64,000 bases of DNA. Origin: an uncultured Acidimicrobiaceae bacterium. GTDB taxonomy: Bacteria > Actinomycetota > Acidimicrobiia > Acidimicrobiales > RAAP-2. Shown piece by piece: positions 36,809 through 47,894 of the stretch (its first letter is position 1; each line of letters begins with the position of its first letter). Both the position numbers and the translations under genes were made by a program. Location of the stretch: the NCBI GenBank assembly GCA_963807775.1, contig CAWECY010000004.1, positions 475,873-539,872 of the forward strand. The letters run 5' to 3'. The notes below the pieces were generated by a model. That model was not told where the DNA came from. It worked only from the letters and a program-made list of their open reading frames with translations, and made no database searches.

Positions 36809-37978
36809 GTGTCCGGGCGGGGGGAGTGCGCTTCGAACGGGCCTGGGGGCCGCCCCCGGGTCTTGGTGGTCATCAAATGCATGGGGTACGGGGGCGCCGA
36901 GCGGCTCCTGGTCGACATGCTGGCGGTACGTGACCGCGAGGGCTTCGACTACGAGTTCGCCTACGTGCTGGCGGCCGAGAACGGGCTTGTGCCGGCGGTG
37001 CGGGCCAGCGGGGTCCCTGTGCACGAGCTGGGGGCCCGCAGCGACTTCGACCTGCGCTGGATGGCGAGGTTCCGCCGCCTCCTGCTCCACGGCCAATTCG
37101 ACATCGTCCATTTCCATCTGCCCTACACGGCGGCCGTCGGCCGGCTCGTGGCAGCTTCGATACCCAAGTCCCGGCGTCCGACCCTCATGTACACCGAGCA
37201 CAGCCTGTGGGATCGGACCCCGACCCCGGTCCGGGTGCTCAACCGAAGCACCATCGGGCTCGACGATGCCCTGGTGGTCGTGTCGCCGGCGGCCCACGAC
37301 GCGCTGCCGTCGGCATTGCGGGCACGGGCCCAGGTGGTCGTGCACGGGGTGGATCTGTCCTCGGCGCAGGCCCTGGTGGCCCGACGAGATGAGATCCGCC
37401 GTGAGGTCCGTGCCGAGTTGGGTGTGAACGACGACGAAGTGCTGGCCATCACCGTGGCCAACCTCCGTGCCGAAAAGGGCTACGACGTCCTCTTGGAGGC
37501 CGCCCACCTCGTCGCCGAGCGGGGCCTACCCGTGCGCTTCGCCGCCGTTGGACGCGGTCCGCTCAAAGACGAACTCGAGGACCGTCACCGCGCCCTCGGG
37601 CTGGGCGGCACCTTCACCTTTCTCGGCCCCCGGGGCGACGTGCTGCGCCTCCTGGCCGGCTCGGACATCTTCGTCCTCCCCTCGCACCACGAGGGGATGC
37701 CGGTCACCTTGATGGAGGCGACCAGCATCGGTTTGGCCATCGTGGCCACCAAGGTCGGTGGGGTGCCCGGCATCCTGACCGACCAGGAGAGCGCCCTGCT
37801 GGTTGCCCCGGGACGTCCGGACCTCATGGCCGACGCCATCGCGCGCCTCGCGGCCGACCCCGAGTTGCGGCGCCGGTTGGGCGAGGCAGCCCAGACCTTG
37901 AGCGCGCAGTTCGACGTGGCTGCCGCCAGCCGCCAGATCGAGGACATCTACCGCCGCGTGAGTCGGCCGACGCTCTGA
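36809..37978 (+). CDS. GT4-family glycosyltransferase
   Basis: RVLVVIKCMGYGGAERL and HHEGMPVTLMEATSIGLAIVATKVGGVPGILTDQESALLV. Confidence 0.85.
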   Translation: MSGRGECASNGPGGRPRVLVVIKCMGYGGAERLLVDMLAVRDREGFDYEFAYVLAAENGLVPAVRASGVPVHELGARSDFDLRWMARFRRLLLHGQFDIVHFHLPYTAAVGRLVAASIPKSRRPTLMYTEHSLWDRTPTPVRVLNRSTIGLDDALVVVSPAAHDALPSALRARAQVVVHGVDLSSAQALVARRDEIRREVRAELGVNDDEVLAITVANLRAEKGYDVLLEAAHLVAERGLPVRFAAVGRGPLKDELEDRHRALGLGGTFTFLGPRGDVLRLLAGSDIFVLPSHHEGMPVTLMEATSIGLAIVATKVGGVPGILTDQESALLVAPGRPDLMADAIARLAADPELRRRLGEAAQTLSAQFDVAAASRQIEDIYRRVSRPTL

Positions 37979-38012
37979 GCCATTCCCGGCCAGCGCAGCA
38001 GGGTTCGTCCCT

Positions 38013-39488
38013 TCAGGAGGGCTGAGCGCCCGGGGCGGGCGACGCCCGACCCTCGTCATTGGTGAAAACAAGGAACGTGATGATCTCGTGGACATCGCGG
38101 ATGGCCCGGACCTGCGCGCCGGGGGCGAGCCGGCCCAGGGTTTTCGACAGCGGTTCGTGGAAGTGGACCATGGGGGACCCCGACGTGCTCGGGTGCTCAT
38201 AGCCCGAGATCAACAGGGCGCGCGACGCCGAAGCGATCAAGCGTCCGACGAGGCTTTCGTACGTCGCCGTGTCGGGCTGATGGATGAGGACGTCCAGACA
38301 GATCGTGAGTTCGGCTTCCACCGGCCAATCGAAGATGGTTCCCACGTGGTAATCGCCGTCGGGGCGGCCGAGTTTGGCGAGGTGCGTGGCTTCCTCGGAG
38401 AGGTCGAGGCCGGTGTAGTGGCCGAGCGGGATCCCTCTCGTCGCCTGGCCGTCGCCGCACCCCACGTCGAGGGTTGAAGCCGGCGAGAGTTCGGCGGCGA
38501 TCCGGGTCAGCAATTCGCGCTTGTCCTCGAGCGCCTGGCCACGGCTGCCGACTCCCGATCCGAGCTCGGGGTCGGTCTGGTACCGCCACTGCCAGAACAG
38601 CGTGTTGGGGAACGACTCCTGCCAGAGCTCACCAATGGCCGCGTTCACCCGGCGGATGCGACGGTCAACGGCGCGCCGGCCCGTCGGCGACAGAAGGCCC
38701 ATCTTGTCGACCCTCGTGTGGTAATGCAGGACTGCCGGCGGACCCGTCCGGCGGGGGAGAAACTGAGGTTCGTTGGTGGCCAGGTTCCAGCGTCGCTTGA
38801 GTCGGACCGCGTCGAATCCTTCCGCGGCGATCGCGAGCGCCATGGCCACCTGGTCGACGAAGGTCCCCCAGTCCCCGAGGAGTTCGCGGCGTTCTAACAA
38901 CCAGCGGGCCCAGTGGGCCCATGCCGCCGCTACCTGGGGCAGTTGCGCGCCGGGGACCAGGTAGAGGCCGCCGTTGCCGTTTCCGGCGATGGTCGACTGC
39001 CCCGACCGACGGTCAAGCGGCTCGAGAGGTGGGAGCGCAAGGGACGCCTCGCTGAAAATGGCACGGAGCGTGTCGAGCCGGGGGATGGCGAAGTCGACCA
39101 GCTTGGAGGCCACGGCGCGATCGGGCAGTGGAAGGGAGCGCGGATCCTCGCAGAAGGTGATGTCGGCATCGGTGAGCACCGCCATCCCCAACACGCCGGC
39201 TTCCGCCAGGCGCAAGGCGCCGGCGATCTTGTTGCAGTGGGGGGAACGGGGATCGAAAGGCTCGATAGGGCGGACGGCCACCCCTTTGTCCTCGAGCAGG
39301 GCCAGGGCCTCCGAGCTCGCGCCACCCACGGCGTGGACGACGAGATCGCCCGGGTCCACGCCGGCAACGCCGTGGAGCGAAGCGAACCAGCGCAGCGCCT
39401 CGAGGTGAAAGCGCGGGTCTTGGTCGACAACACAGGCGAACGTCCCGCGGCCGGTTTGCCCACTGTTCCCCGCTCCTCGCAACCGCAT
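38013..39488 (-). CDS. Two-domain protein: N-terminal GT-A-like nucleotide-sugar transferase and C-terminal class I SAM methyltransferase
   Basis: N-half PHCNKIAGAL...VLTDADITF (DXD-like). C-half TLDVGCGDGQATRG...ICLDVLIHQ...ALLISGYE. Confidence 0.7.
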   Translation of the reverse strand: MRLRGAGNSGQTGRGTFACVVDQDPRFHLEALRWFASLHGVAGVDPGDLVVHAVGGASSEALALLEDKGVAVRPIEPFDPRSPHCNKIAGALRLAEAGVLGMAVLTDADITFCEDPRSLPLPDRAVASKLVDFAIPRLDTLRAIFSEASLALPPLEPLDRRSGQSTIAGNGNGGLYLVPGAQLPQVAAAWAHWARWLLERRELLGDWGTFVDQVAMALAIAAEGFDAVRLKRRWNLATNEPQFLPRRTGPPAVLHYHTRVDKMGLLSPTGRRAVDRRIRRVNAAIGELWQESFPNTLFWQWRYQTDPELGSGVGSRGQALEDKRELLTRIAAELSPASTLDVGCGDGQATRGIPLGHYTGLDLSEEATHLAKLGRPDGDYHVGTIFDWPVEAELTICLDVLIHQPDTATYESLVGRLIASASRALLISGYEHPSTSGSPMVHFHEPLSKTLGRLAPGAQVRAIRDVHEIITFLVFTNDEGRASPAPGAQPS

Positions 39489-39683
39489 GGCGGCTAACTG
39501 TAGACACTCCTCCGAAGGGCGTCCTCACGGTCGTTTCCTCTTGCCACCGCCCAGAGGCGGGGGAGAGCCATCGGTCCGTTGCCCGATTGGCCGCCCCGCC
39601 GGCCGAGTCCGCTTGTCGAGCGCCGATGTTCATCGTGCCTGACTGGATGGGAGAGCGACTCGCACCCGCTAACGTGACGCGCC

Positions 39684-40505
39684 GTGCCGACATTGGCGGT
39701 CGTGATCCCTACTACTCACTGGGTATCCGAGGTGGCCGCACTTGGCGAGCAGGTGCGCTCGTCGTCACCGGTTCCTACCCGGATTGTCGTGGTTGACAAC
39801 GGACCCGAAGCCAGCGCGCAGGACTGGCCGAACGAACTCGAGGTCGTCGTCGATCAGTCCTACCTTGGCTCGGGCGGCGCGTTTTCCCGCGGCGCCGTCG
39901 TCGCGCTCGAGTCACGACCAGACTGGACGCTGCTCTTGGACCACGACGCGGAGATCGCGCCGGAGACCATCGGATCGATGTTGGCTGTCGCCGAGCGCGA
40001 CCCGACCCGGATTTATGTGGCGCGGGCTCACGGGGCGGTGTGGGCGTCCTCGAGTTGGCGCGGCCCTCTCTACCGGGTTCCCGAGGCGGGAGGCTCTTTG
40101 GTTCCGCTGGACTTCGCTCAGTGGTCCGGATTCCTGCTGCCGACGCCGGCGCTCGAGGCATTGAGTGGCTTTCGATCTGACTATTTCTTTGGTTGGGACG
40201 ACTACCAGTTCAGCGCGTACCTGAGAGCCAAGGGATTCACCTTGTCGGGAGTGCCCTCCGCAGTCGTCTTGAATCGACGGCGACCCGGGCAGTGGGAGAG
40301 CTCCTGGCGCCGCTACTACGGTGCCCGGAACCGGATCCTCCTTAGCTCGGACCTCTACGGCCGTTGGTCCTGGGCCGCGATGCGAGCTATTTCGACCGAG
40401 GTCGTTGGCATGCGGCATGAACCTCGAGCACGCGCCCGAGGGATCATGGACGCACTGACCGGGCGTCGGGGGGAAGTGGTGTCGCCAGGCTCAGCCGAGC
40501 TGTGA
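39684..40505 (+). CDS. GT2-family glycosyltransferase
   Basis: LAVVIPTT, VVVDNG, LLLDHDAEI and FFGWDDYQFSAYLRAKG. GTG start. This is the last high-G+C gene before the island. Confidence 0.8.
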   Translation: MPTLAVVIPTTHWVSEVAALGEQVRSSSPVPTRIVVVDNGPEASAQDWPNELEVVVDQSYLGSGGAFSRGAVVALESRPDWTLLLDHDAEIAPETIGSMLAVAERDPTRIYVARAHGAVWASSSWRGPLYRVPEAGGSLVPLDFAQWSGFLLPTPALEALSGFRSDYFFGWDDYQFSAYLRAKGFTLSGVPSAVVLNRRRPGQWESSWRRYYGARNRILLSSDLYGRWSWAAMRAISTEVVGMRHEPRARARGIMDALTGRRGEVVSPGSAEL

Positions 40506-40689
40506 CGGAGTGCCGCTGAATTCGGCTTCGGTCAGAGGATTCCCGCTCGTCTAATCGTTTCAAATGTCATATTCCGCTCGTGCTTCTCATTTTGGCTCTC
40601 GAACATCGGCGCCCGACGATGAATGTGGGGAAACCGGGTGGAAATGTCCTCGTCGAGCGGCTCGCCGGTCGTCGTCACTTAGAGCCGGC

Positions 40690-41213
40690 CTCTCGTTTCA
40701 TGCGAGACGTCGCACTAGTGGAAATGTACATCGACGCCGTGGTTGACAGATACGGCGAAGCGCGGCGGGCCCTCCTCCGCGACGCGCGCCTTTCCCGAAG
40801 CCACGATTTACGCATTCGAACTGAACGATCGTCAGATAATTTCACGGGACTCGAGACCAGAACACATGGAAAGCGCGTCGTCCTTACGAAGGGTGCCGTG
40901 AGCAACCCGTCGGCACACAAACGCTCTATTCCTCGTCCAACTGACCGAAGCTCAACTCAATCTTTCAACGCGATCCTTTACCACTAGGGATCGAGATGAG
41001 CGATGAGGACAGGTTGACGTAACGACGATCGACGCGTTCTGTGCTCTGCATGAAGTGGATCAGATCGACTTCTTGAAGATCGACGCTGAAGGGGCAGATC
41101 TCGCCGTTCTGGACGGTGCTACTCCGATGCTCGCCGGCCTGAAGATCGGCGCTCCAATTCGCCCTGGGGCCCGTTTGTGTCGATTCTCACACCTTCCTCA
41201 GGGGTTTCCTTGA
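40690..41213 (+). pseudogene. Degraded FkbM-family methyltransferase
   Basis: The clear 3' fragment at 41007-41213 reads GQVDVTTIDAFCALHEVDQIDFLKIDAEGADLAVLDGATPML. Upstream, other frames carry ATIYAFELND (AFEP-like) and VVLTKGAVSN. The SAM-binding glycines are lost. Confidence 0.45.
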
Positions 41214-41367
41214 CGCCCTCGGTCCCTCGTTCCGGTGACTTCTCAAGATGCGCGACCGGCTGCTATCAGTGACCTACTCCGAGAAAAGAGGAAGTCTTCG
41301 CCGTTCGGAACTATTCGGCGCTCCCATCCCCGGCATGACGGGCCTACTGCCGGCGCCCGAGGGCATC

Positions 41368-43491
<2,124 letters not shown>

Positions 43492-43571
43492 CTGAGAAAT
43501 TTAGCGGTCAGAAGGGGTGAGCGGGTATCGAGTCGATTCGGTTCCCACGGGCTCCAAAATCGGTAAACGGA

Positions 43572-44342
43572 TCAGCCAAGGGAAATCGAGGTATCGGTCG
43601 CATTGATCCGGACCGATGGCGCGGTGAACACGTGCAATTTAGGGTAGACGACTAAAGGCATTCGAAGCCACCGGATCGACATGAAGATCGGGTACCACTT
43701 CCAATAATTGAAACCCTTGGGATCGACAAGATGTGACTCGGATGAACCGAACCTCTGTGTCAAGACTTGATCGTAGAAAGACTCTGTGTACATAACGACG
43801 AGTGGTTGGTCAAATTTCCCCAAAAACCACCTTGTCAACGGGAGCATGGCTCGTTGAACAGGTGCCCACGCGGGATGGGGGCAATATTCAAGAATAAATA
43901 CCTGGCCGTCTTTGCGAAGCCATCGCTGTGCCCGCTCGACGGCCTGCTCGACGCGAGATTCACATGAGCTCCAGTTCCCTTGGGGCGTGTGATGCAGCAT
44001 TAGTGGGAATACGATCGAATCAAAGGATTCCGTTTCGAATTCGTGCTCGAAAAAGTCGCCCACGACACCAGTGGCCCCATCCGGGCAATAGACCTTCAGC
44101 ATTTCGGGGGAGAGGTCCATCACAGTCAAGCTCTTTAGCTGATTCTGCCACGAGAAGAAATCCCAAATTCCGCCGACACTGAGAACGCGGCCCCGAACCT
44201 TTGAATTGAGAAGGTCCGCTGCTTCGATGTCAAGTCCGCGGGTCATGGCTTTGAGCGACTCGTATTGATGGTCCGCCTGTTGCCGATCGAAGAACTCTCG
44301 GACGTCGTTCGAGGCCGGATCACTCGCCACGGGGCTCCCCAA
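43572..44342 (-). CDS. Class I SAM-dependent methyltransferase
   Basis: RVLSVGGIWDFF, VMDLSPEML, FDSIVFPLMLHH and LRKDGQVFILE. Confidence 0.7.
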   Translation of the reverse strand: MGSPVASDPASNDVREFFDRQQADHQYESLKAMTRGLDIEAADLLNSKVRGRVLSVGGIWDFFSWQNQLKSLTVMDLSPEMLKVYCPDGATGVVGDFFEHEFETESFDSIVFPLMLHHTPQGNWSSCESRVEQAVERAQRWLRKDGQVFILEYCPHPAWAPVQRAMLPLTRWFLGKFDQPLVVMYTESFYDQVLTQRFGSSESHLVDPKGFNYWKWYPIFMSIRWLRMPLVVYPKLHVFTAPSVRINATDTSISLG

Positions 44343-44536
44343 TCTGATTTTTATCGACTCTCTCAGTCAATAGGCGATCCCCTCGTCGCCGCAGAGGACT
44401 GACCGACGGTAGCACCGGCGTCTGACTCCGGCCCGGCGAACGCTCAGTCATCACAGGGAACGGACCCTTCTTCTTCGGGGGCTGACTGTTCGATCCGAGT
44501 CCGTGGGGCATCGAGGTTGGGCCTGGGAAACACCGG

Positions 44537-46720
44537 TCACCGGTTCACGTCTTCGAGCAAGCTGCGGCAAAAGCCCACGTTCGAGGGCGTCGCCGTGGCA
44601 TCCGTCACAGTCATAGGAGGAATTACTCCGCCTCGCTCTGGATCGGTCTGCTGGACCACTGCAGTGCCGCGACTGGGCAAGTACGTTCCCGACCGAGTAG
44701 TTACCTCGCCCCTTGTTCCCTCCCACCAAACCACTATTCGGTTGAGATTCGGATCAGTCCACACGAGAATTGTGTACGTCTTGTGGGGTGCAATGGCCAC
44801 AACCGGACTGGTCGCGGGGGGCCAGGGAATATGAGGAGCATCCGGGTCCTCGACCTTGAAAAGTACCCGTTCGTGCAAGAGAGGCTCCACGACAAGCGTC
44901 GCATCTCCGTAGGTCAAGATGGGAGCGGTCGGTCCCGGCTGTACGGGTTGGTTAAATGTCACCTCGATCTTGTGGACAATCCCTGGGCCCTGTTCGATAA
45001 CGTCCCAATTATCGTGCTGGATCTGCAGTCCCGGTGCGTAGGAGAAATTCTCGCCGGTTGACAGATAAGCACCAGTGCAATCGCCGACGACATAGATATC
45101 TCCTGCAGGGGCCCAATAGGGGAGCGAGGACACCTGTCTAATCTGACTAGCCAGTGGGTGCCCCGTGACGTCGCTTATGGATTTAACGGTCTTCACGTAG
45201 TTGGAGGTCTGTGCCGGGGACCATTGCGGGGTCGGCGTAAGAGCGATCCCGATATTTATGGCGACGCTCAGGAGGCCGAGAAGAATCACGACGACCATCG
45301 CGAGTCGCGTGAATCGTGGTCCGCGTTCCTGCAATCGCCCCCACACTGTGATGAGTCCGATGGCTCCACCCAGAACAAGAAATGGCAGGAAATCACCCAA
45401 ATACCTGGGAGCGATATATCCCAACAAGAAGTCGACGGCGGTACCAGCCGCGGCGACGAGGAGAGGAATTCTCATCAAGATCGCTGCCCGGCTCGCTCCT
45501 CGGCGAAAACAAACGACCATTGCGCAGCAGCTCAAGAGGAAGAGCAAGGGCATCGATGCAGGGACGCTCGGCGTCGGATAGAGGACATCGACGACGTAAT
45601 TGCCGAAGACGTGAGGGGAATGCACTGGGAGAGTGAAAAACGGGAATGTCGTCTGAATCCGCAGCCCGAATGGTTGCAAGTACGCCCATAGAGTCGTGGG
45701 CAGGAAGTGGAAGCTGTAGCCGTTCCCACCAGTAGAAGCAAGAAAAGCGCGGCGGTGGGCGCTTAATCGGGTCCAGACCTGTGTTGCCAATGGCAGGCCA
45801 TTCAACATGGTTCCGAACTTCAGCCAATTTACGAAAATCGATATCAAGAAAGGGACGATCCCCACTCCCAGCATGGGAAGGGCCCACCGCCGATGTTGCT
45901 CCTCGGTGCGACCGAAACGGAACCATCCGGCGATGAGGACGGCGCCGACGATGCAGGCCAGGGCAGGAGGTTCGCGACCAAGTACGCCAGCTGTGACCAG
46001 CAATGCTGCAGCTAGAACCCGACCTCTCGTTGGGCGATCAAGCACACCAAGGAACACAAACAGCGTGGCGATAGTGACCGGGATAGACCAGGCGACATCC
46101 TCGTCGTACACCCACGGTGATGAGGCCAGAAACATCAGAATCGATCCGCCCATAATCGACGCCATCAACACGCTGAGCGCCACCGCCTCGGTCATTCCGA
46201 GTGAGGCGCTGCCCCTGAGGAGTATTCGCACTCGCCAGATGAGGACTGACGAGAACAAGCCTGTGAGGAACCAGGCCACCAATATCGATGGGGCGGTGAG
46301 GTGACCCGCTGCGTGAGGGACCACCAACAGAATCGGAATGCGGAGCAGAGATGGAAGCAGACCAAAGTAGGTATAAGTCCGTCCGTCGTGGATGAACCCC
46401 TCGATTCCGAGGCTTCCTTTAGAAACCGACAAGTGGCCGTGGATGATTGCCTGCGCCTGCAGGTCGTAGAAGTTGGCGGGACTCACGGCTCTGAACGGAT
46501 TCGGGCTGCCGTTCCAAAGGTCCCATAGGATATAGAGATAGGGGAGGGTCACCAGAGCCATCCCAACGATTGCGGCCATGGTAAAGCGACGGCGGCTGCC
46601 GTCGGCCCGCACGAACCGACCAATCTCAAGTGAGGTTTCGGTCTCCTCTAACGACGTTTGAACCGTCAACATCGTTGAGAGTTTCGCATCTGAATCACTA
46701 GGAGGTACATCGGCACGCAA
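44537..46720 (-). CDS. Large polytopic membrane protein, family A paralog 2
   Basis: 727 aa. It shares long identical blocks with paralog 1: LGIEGFIHDGRTYTYFGLLPSL, DVLYPTPSVPASMPLLFLLSCCA and GTAVDFLLGYIAPRYLGDFLPFLVLGGAIGLI. The C-terminal domain is much more divergent. Confidence 0.7.
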   Translation of the reverse strand: MRADVPPSDSDAKLSTMLTVQTSLEETETSLEIGRFVRADGSRRRFTMAAIVGMALVTLPYLYILWDLWNGSPNPFRAVSPANFYDLQAQAIIHGHLSVSKGSLGIEGFIHDGRTYTYFGLLPSLLRIPILLVVPHAAGHLTAPSILVAWFLTGLFSSVLIWRVRILLRGSASLGMTEAVALSVLMASIMGGSILMFLASSPWVYDEDVAWSIPVTIATLFVFLGVLDRPTRGRVLAAALLVTAGVLGREPPALACIVGAVLIAGWFRFGRTEEQHRRWALPMLGVGIVPFLISIFVNWLKFGTMLNGLPLATQVWTRLSAHRRAFLASTGGNGYSFHFLPTTLWAYLQPFGLRIQTTFPFFTLPVHSPHVFGNYVVDVLYPTPSVPASMPLLFLLSCCAMVVCFRRGASRAAILMRIPLLVAAAGTAVDFLLGYIAPRYLGDFLPFLVLGGAIGLITVWGRLQERGPRFTRLAMVVVILLGLLSVAINIGIALTPTPQWSPAQTSNYVKTVKSISDVTGHPLASQIRQVSSLPYWAPAGDIYVVGDCTGAYLSTGENFSYAPGLQIQHDNWDVIEQGPGIVHKIEVTFNQPVQPGPTAPILTYGDATLVVEPLLHERVLFKVEDPDAPHIPWPPATSPVVAIAPHKTYTILVWTDPNLNRIVVWWEGTRGEVTTRSGTYLPSRGTAVVQQTDPERGGVIPPMTVTDATATPSNVGFCRSLLEDVNR

Positions 46721-46940
46721 GAATTCCTATTGAGACGATAGACGTCATCGGGTTCTCGAGGCATCGATACGGAGAACATTGCGCTCAGGACCGACCCCCG
46801 AAATAGCTGATTAACACAGGTGCATGCGAAAAAGTCCATGACCTTGGCCTGACGAGTATCCATCCCGGCGCGCGGATCCATCGGCTGAATGCAGATTGGT
46901 GCGCACTAACGGCTCCGCACCTCGCTGCCACGCAAACACG

Positions 46941-47858
46941 CTAATTCGGAGGGTTCTTTTTTCGGAACCGCTCCACGTAACCGAGGATCTTGAAAGCAGC
47001 ATCGTCCGACAATCCGAGGCGCCTCTTCGCCCAGTCGTATGCGCGCAGCAGTTGCTTATCCGCGTAGATCATCGCTGAGTGCACTCCGTCCCCTGGACGC
47101 GCTCGATACTCGGTGGAGCGAACGAGTGGTTGCACTTCGAGACTGAAGTAATACAGCGCCAAGGATCGTCGGGCTACGCCCGGGGGGCATGTCATCGGCT
47201 CAGGGTGGCCATGAAACGAGTCCGCATCGGTCGTGAAAATGACCGCTCGGTTTCCAAGTGGAGCGATCACTTTTTCGCGCCGTTTCATGTCGGTTGTCCA
47301 GAGTTCAAGATCCCCACCGTATCCAGGGCGCCAATCCTCATTGAGGTAAAGCAGCAGATTCACCCTTCGCCTCCAGTTTCGATGATGAGGGTGAACCGTG
47401 AAGTCAGCGTGGATATTCAGATAGCCCCCGGTCGTGGATTGATGCAGGCCTCCGCCCTCAAGTGAGGGATCCGCGAAGAGGTTGTCGATGCCAGTTAGCC
47501 CTTCTAGAAAGCCGACGAATTCAGAAGAGTTGAGTTCCTCCAATATTGACTGGAGCGTAGACCCCCATGAGGTGGGCTCCGTATGACTGAACTTCCGCTC
47601 GTTTATGTGGACGTAGGAATTCCAGTTTTCTTGATCGAGAGCTGAAAGCTCTTCCATTGCCCGTTGGGCGGCGTCAGGCTCAAGGAAATCGTCCAGAACT
47701 ACGTGGCCGAACGGCCTAGCCCCCCGGTACGTGATGGCGAGTTCTTCCGTGTTCTCCTGAAGGCGCGCCAAATCAAGAATCGGTAGAGGCTGCACTTCCT
47801 GTGGATTAGCACTCAACTCAAAGTCCGCCTTGGCTCGGCTAGAAAAGAAAACGTCCAC
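46941..47858 (-). CDS. 2OG-Fe(II) oxygenase superfamily protein
   Basis: GGYLNIHADF (HxD) and DSFHGHPEP (distal His), with RRSLALYYF (Arg for 2OG). The layout is prolyl-4-hydroxylase-like. Confidence 0.8.
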   Translation of the reverse strand: MDVFFSSRAKADFELSANPQEVQPLPILDLARLQENTEELAITYRGARPFGHVVLDDFLEPDAAQRAMEELSALDQENWNSYVHINERKFSHTEPTSWGSTLQSILEELNSSEFVGFLEGLTGIDNLFADPSLEGGGLHQSTTGGYLNIHADFTVHPHHRNWRRRVNLLLYLNEDWRPGYGGDLELWTTDMKRREKVIAPLGNRAVIFTTDADSFHGHPEPMTCPPGVARRSLALYYFSLEVQPLVRSTEYRARPGDGVHSAMIYADKQLLRAYDWAKRRLGLSDDAAFKILGYVERFRKKNPPN

Positions 47859-47894
47859 GTCAGGGCGTTTTTGATTGACAAGCCCGACTTAGAG

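Noticed and set aside
40580-40987. A 135-aa ORF as a genuine gene at the island edge.
   Set aside because: Its composition is poor and Arg/Ser-rich. It overlaps frame-hopping FkbM-like fragments, so it is better explained as part of the pseudogene.
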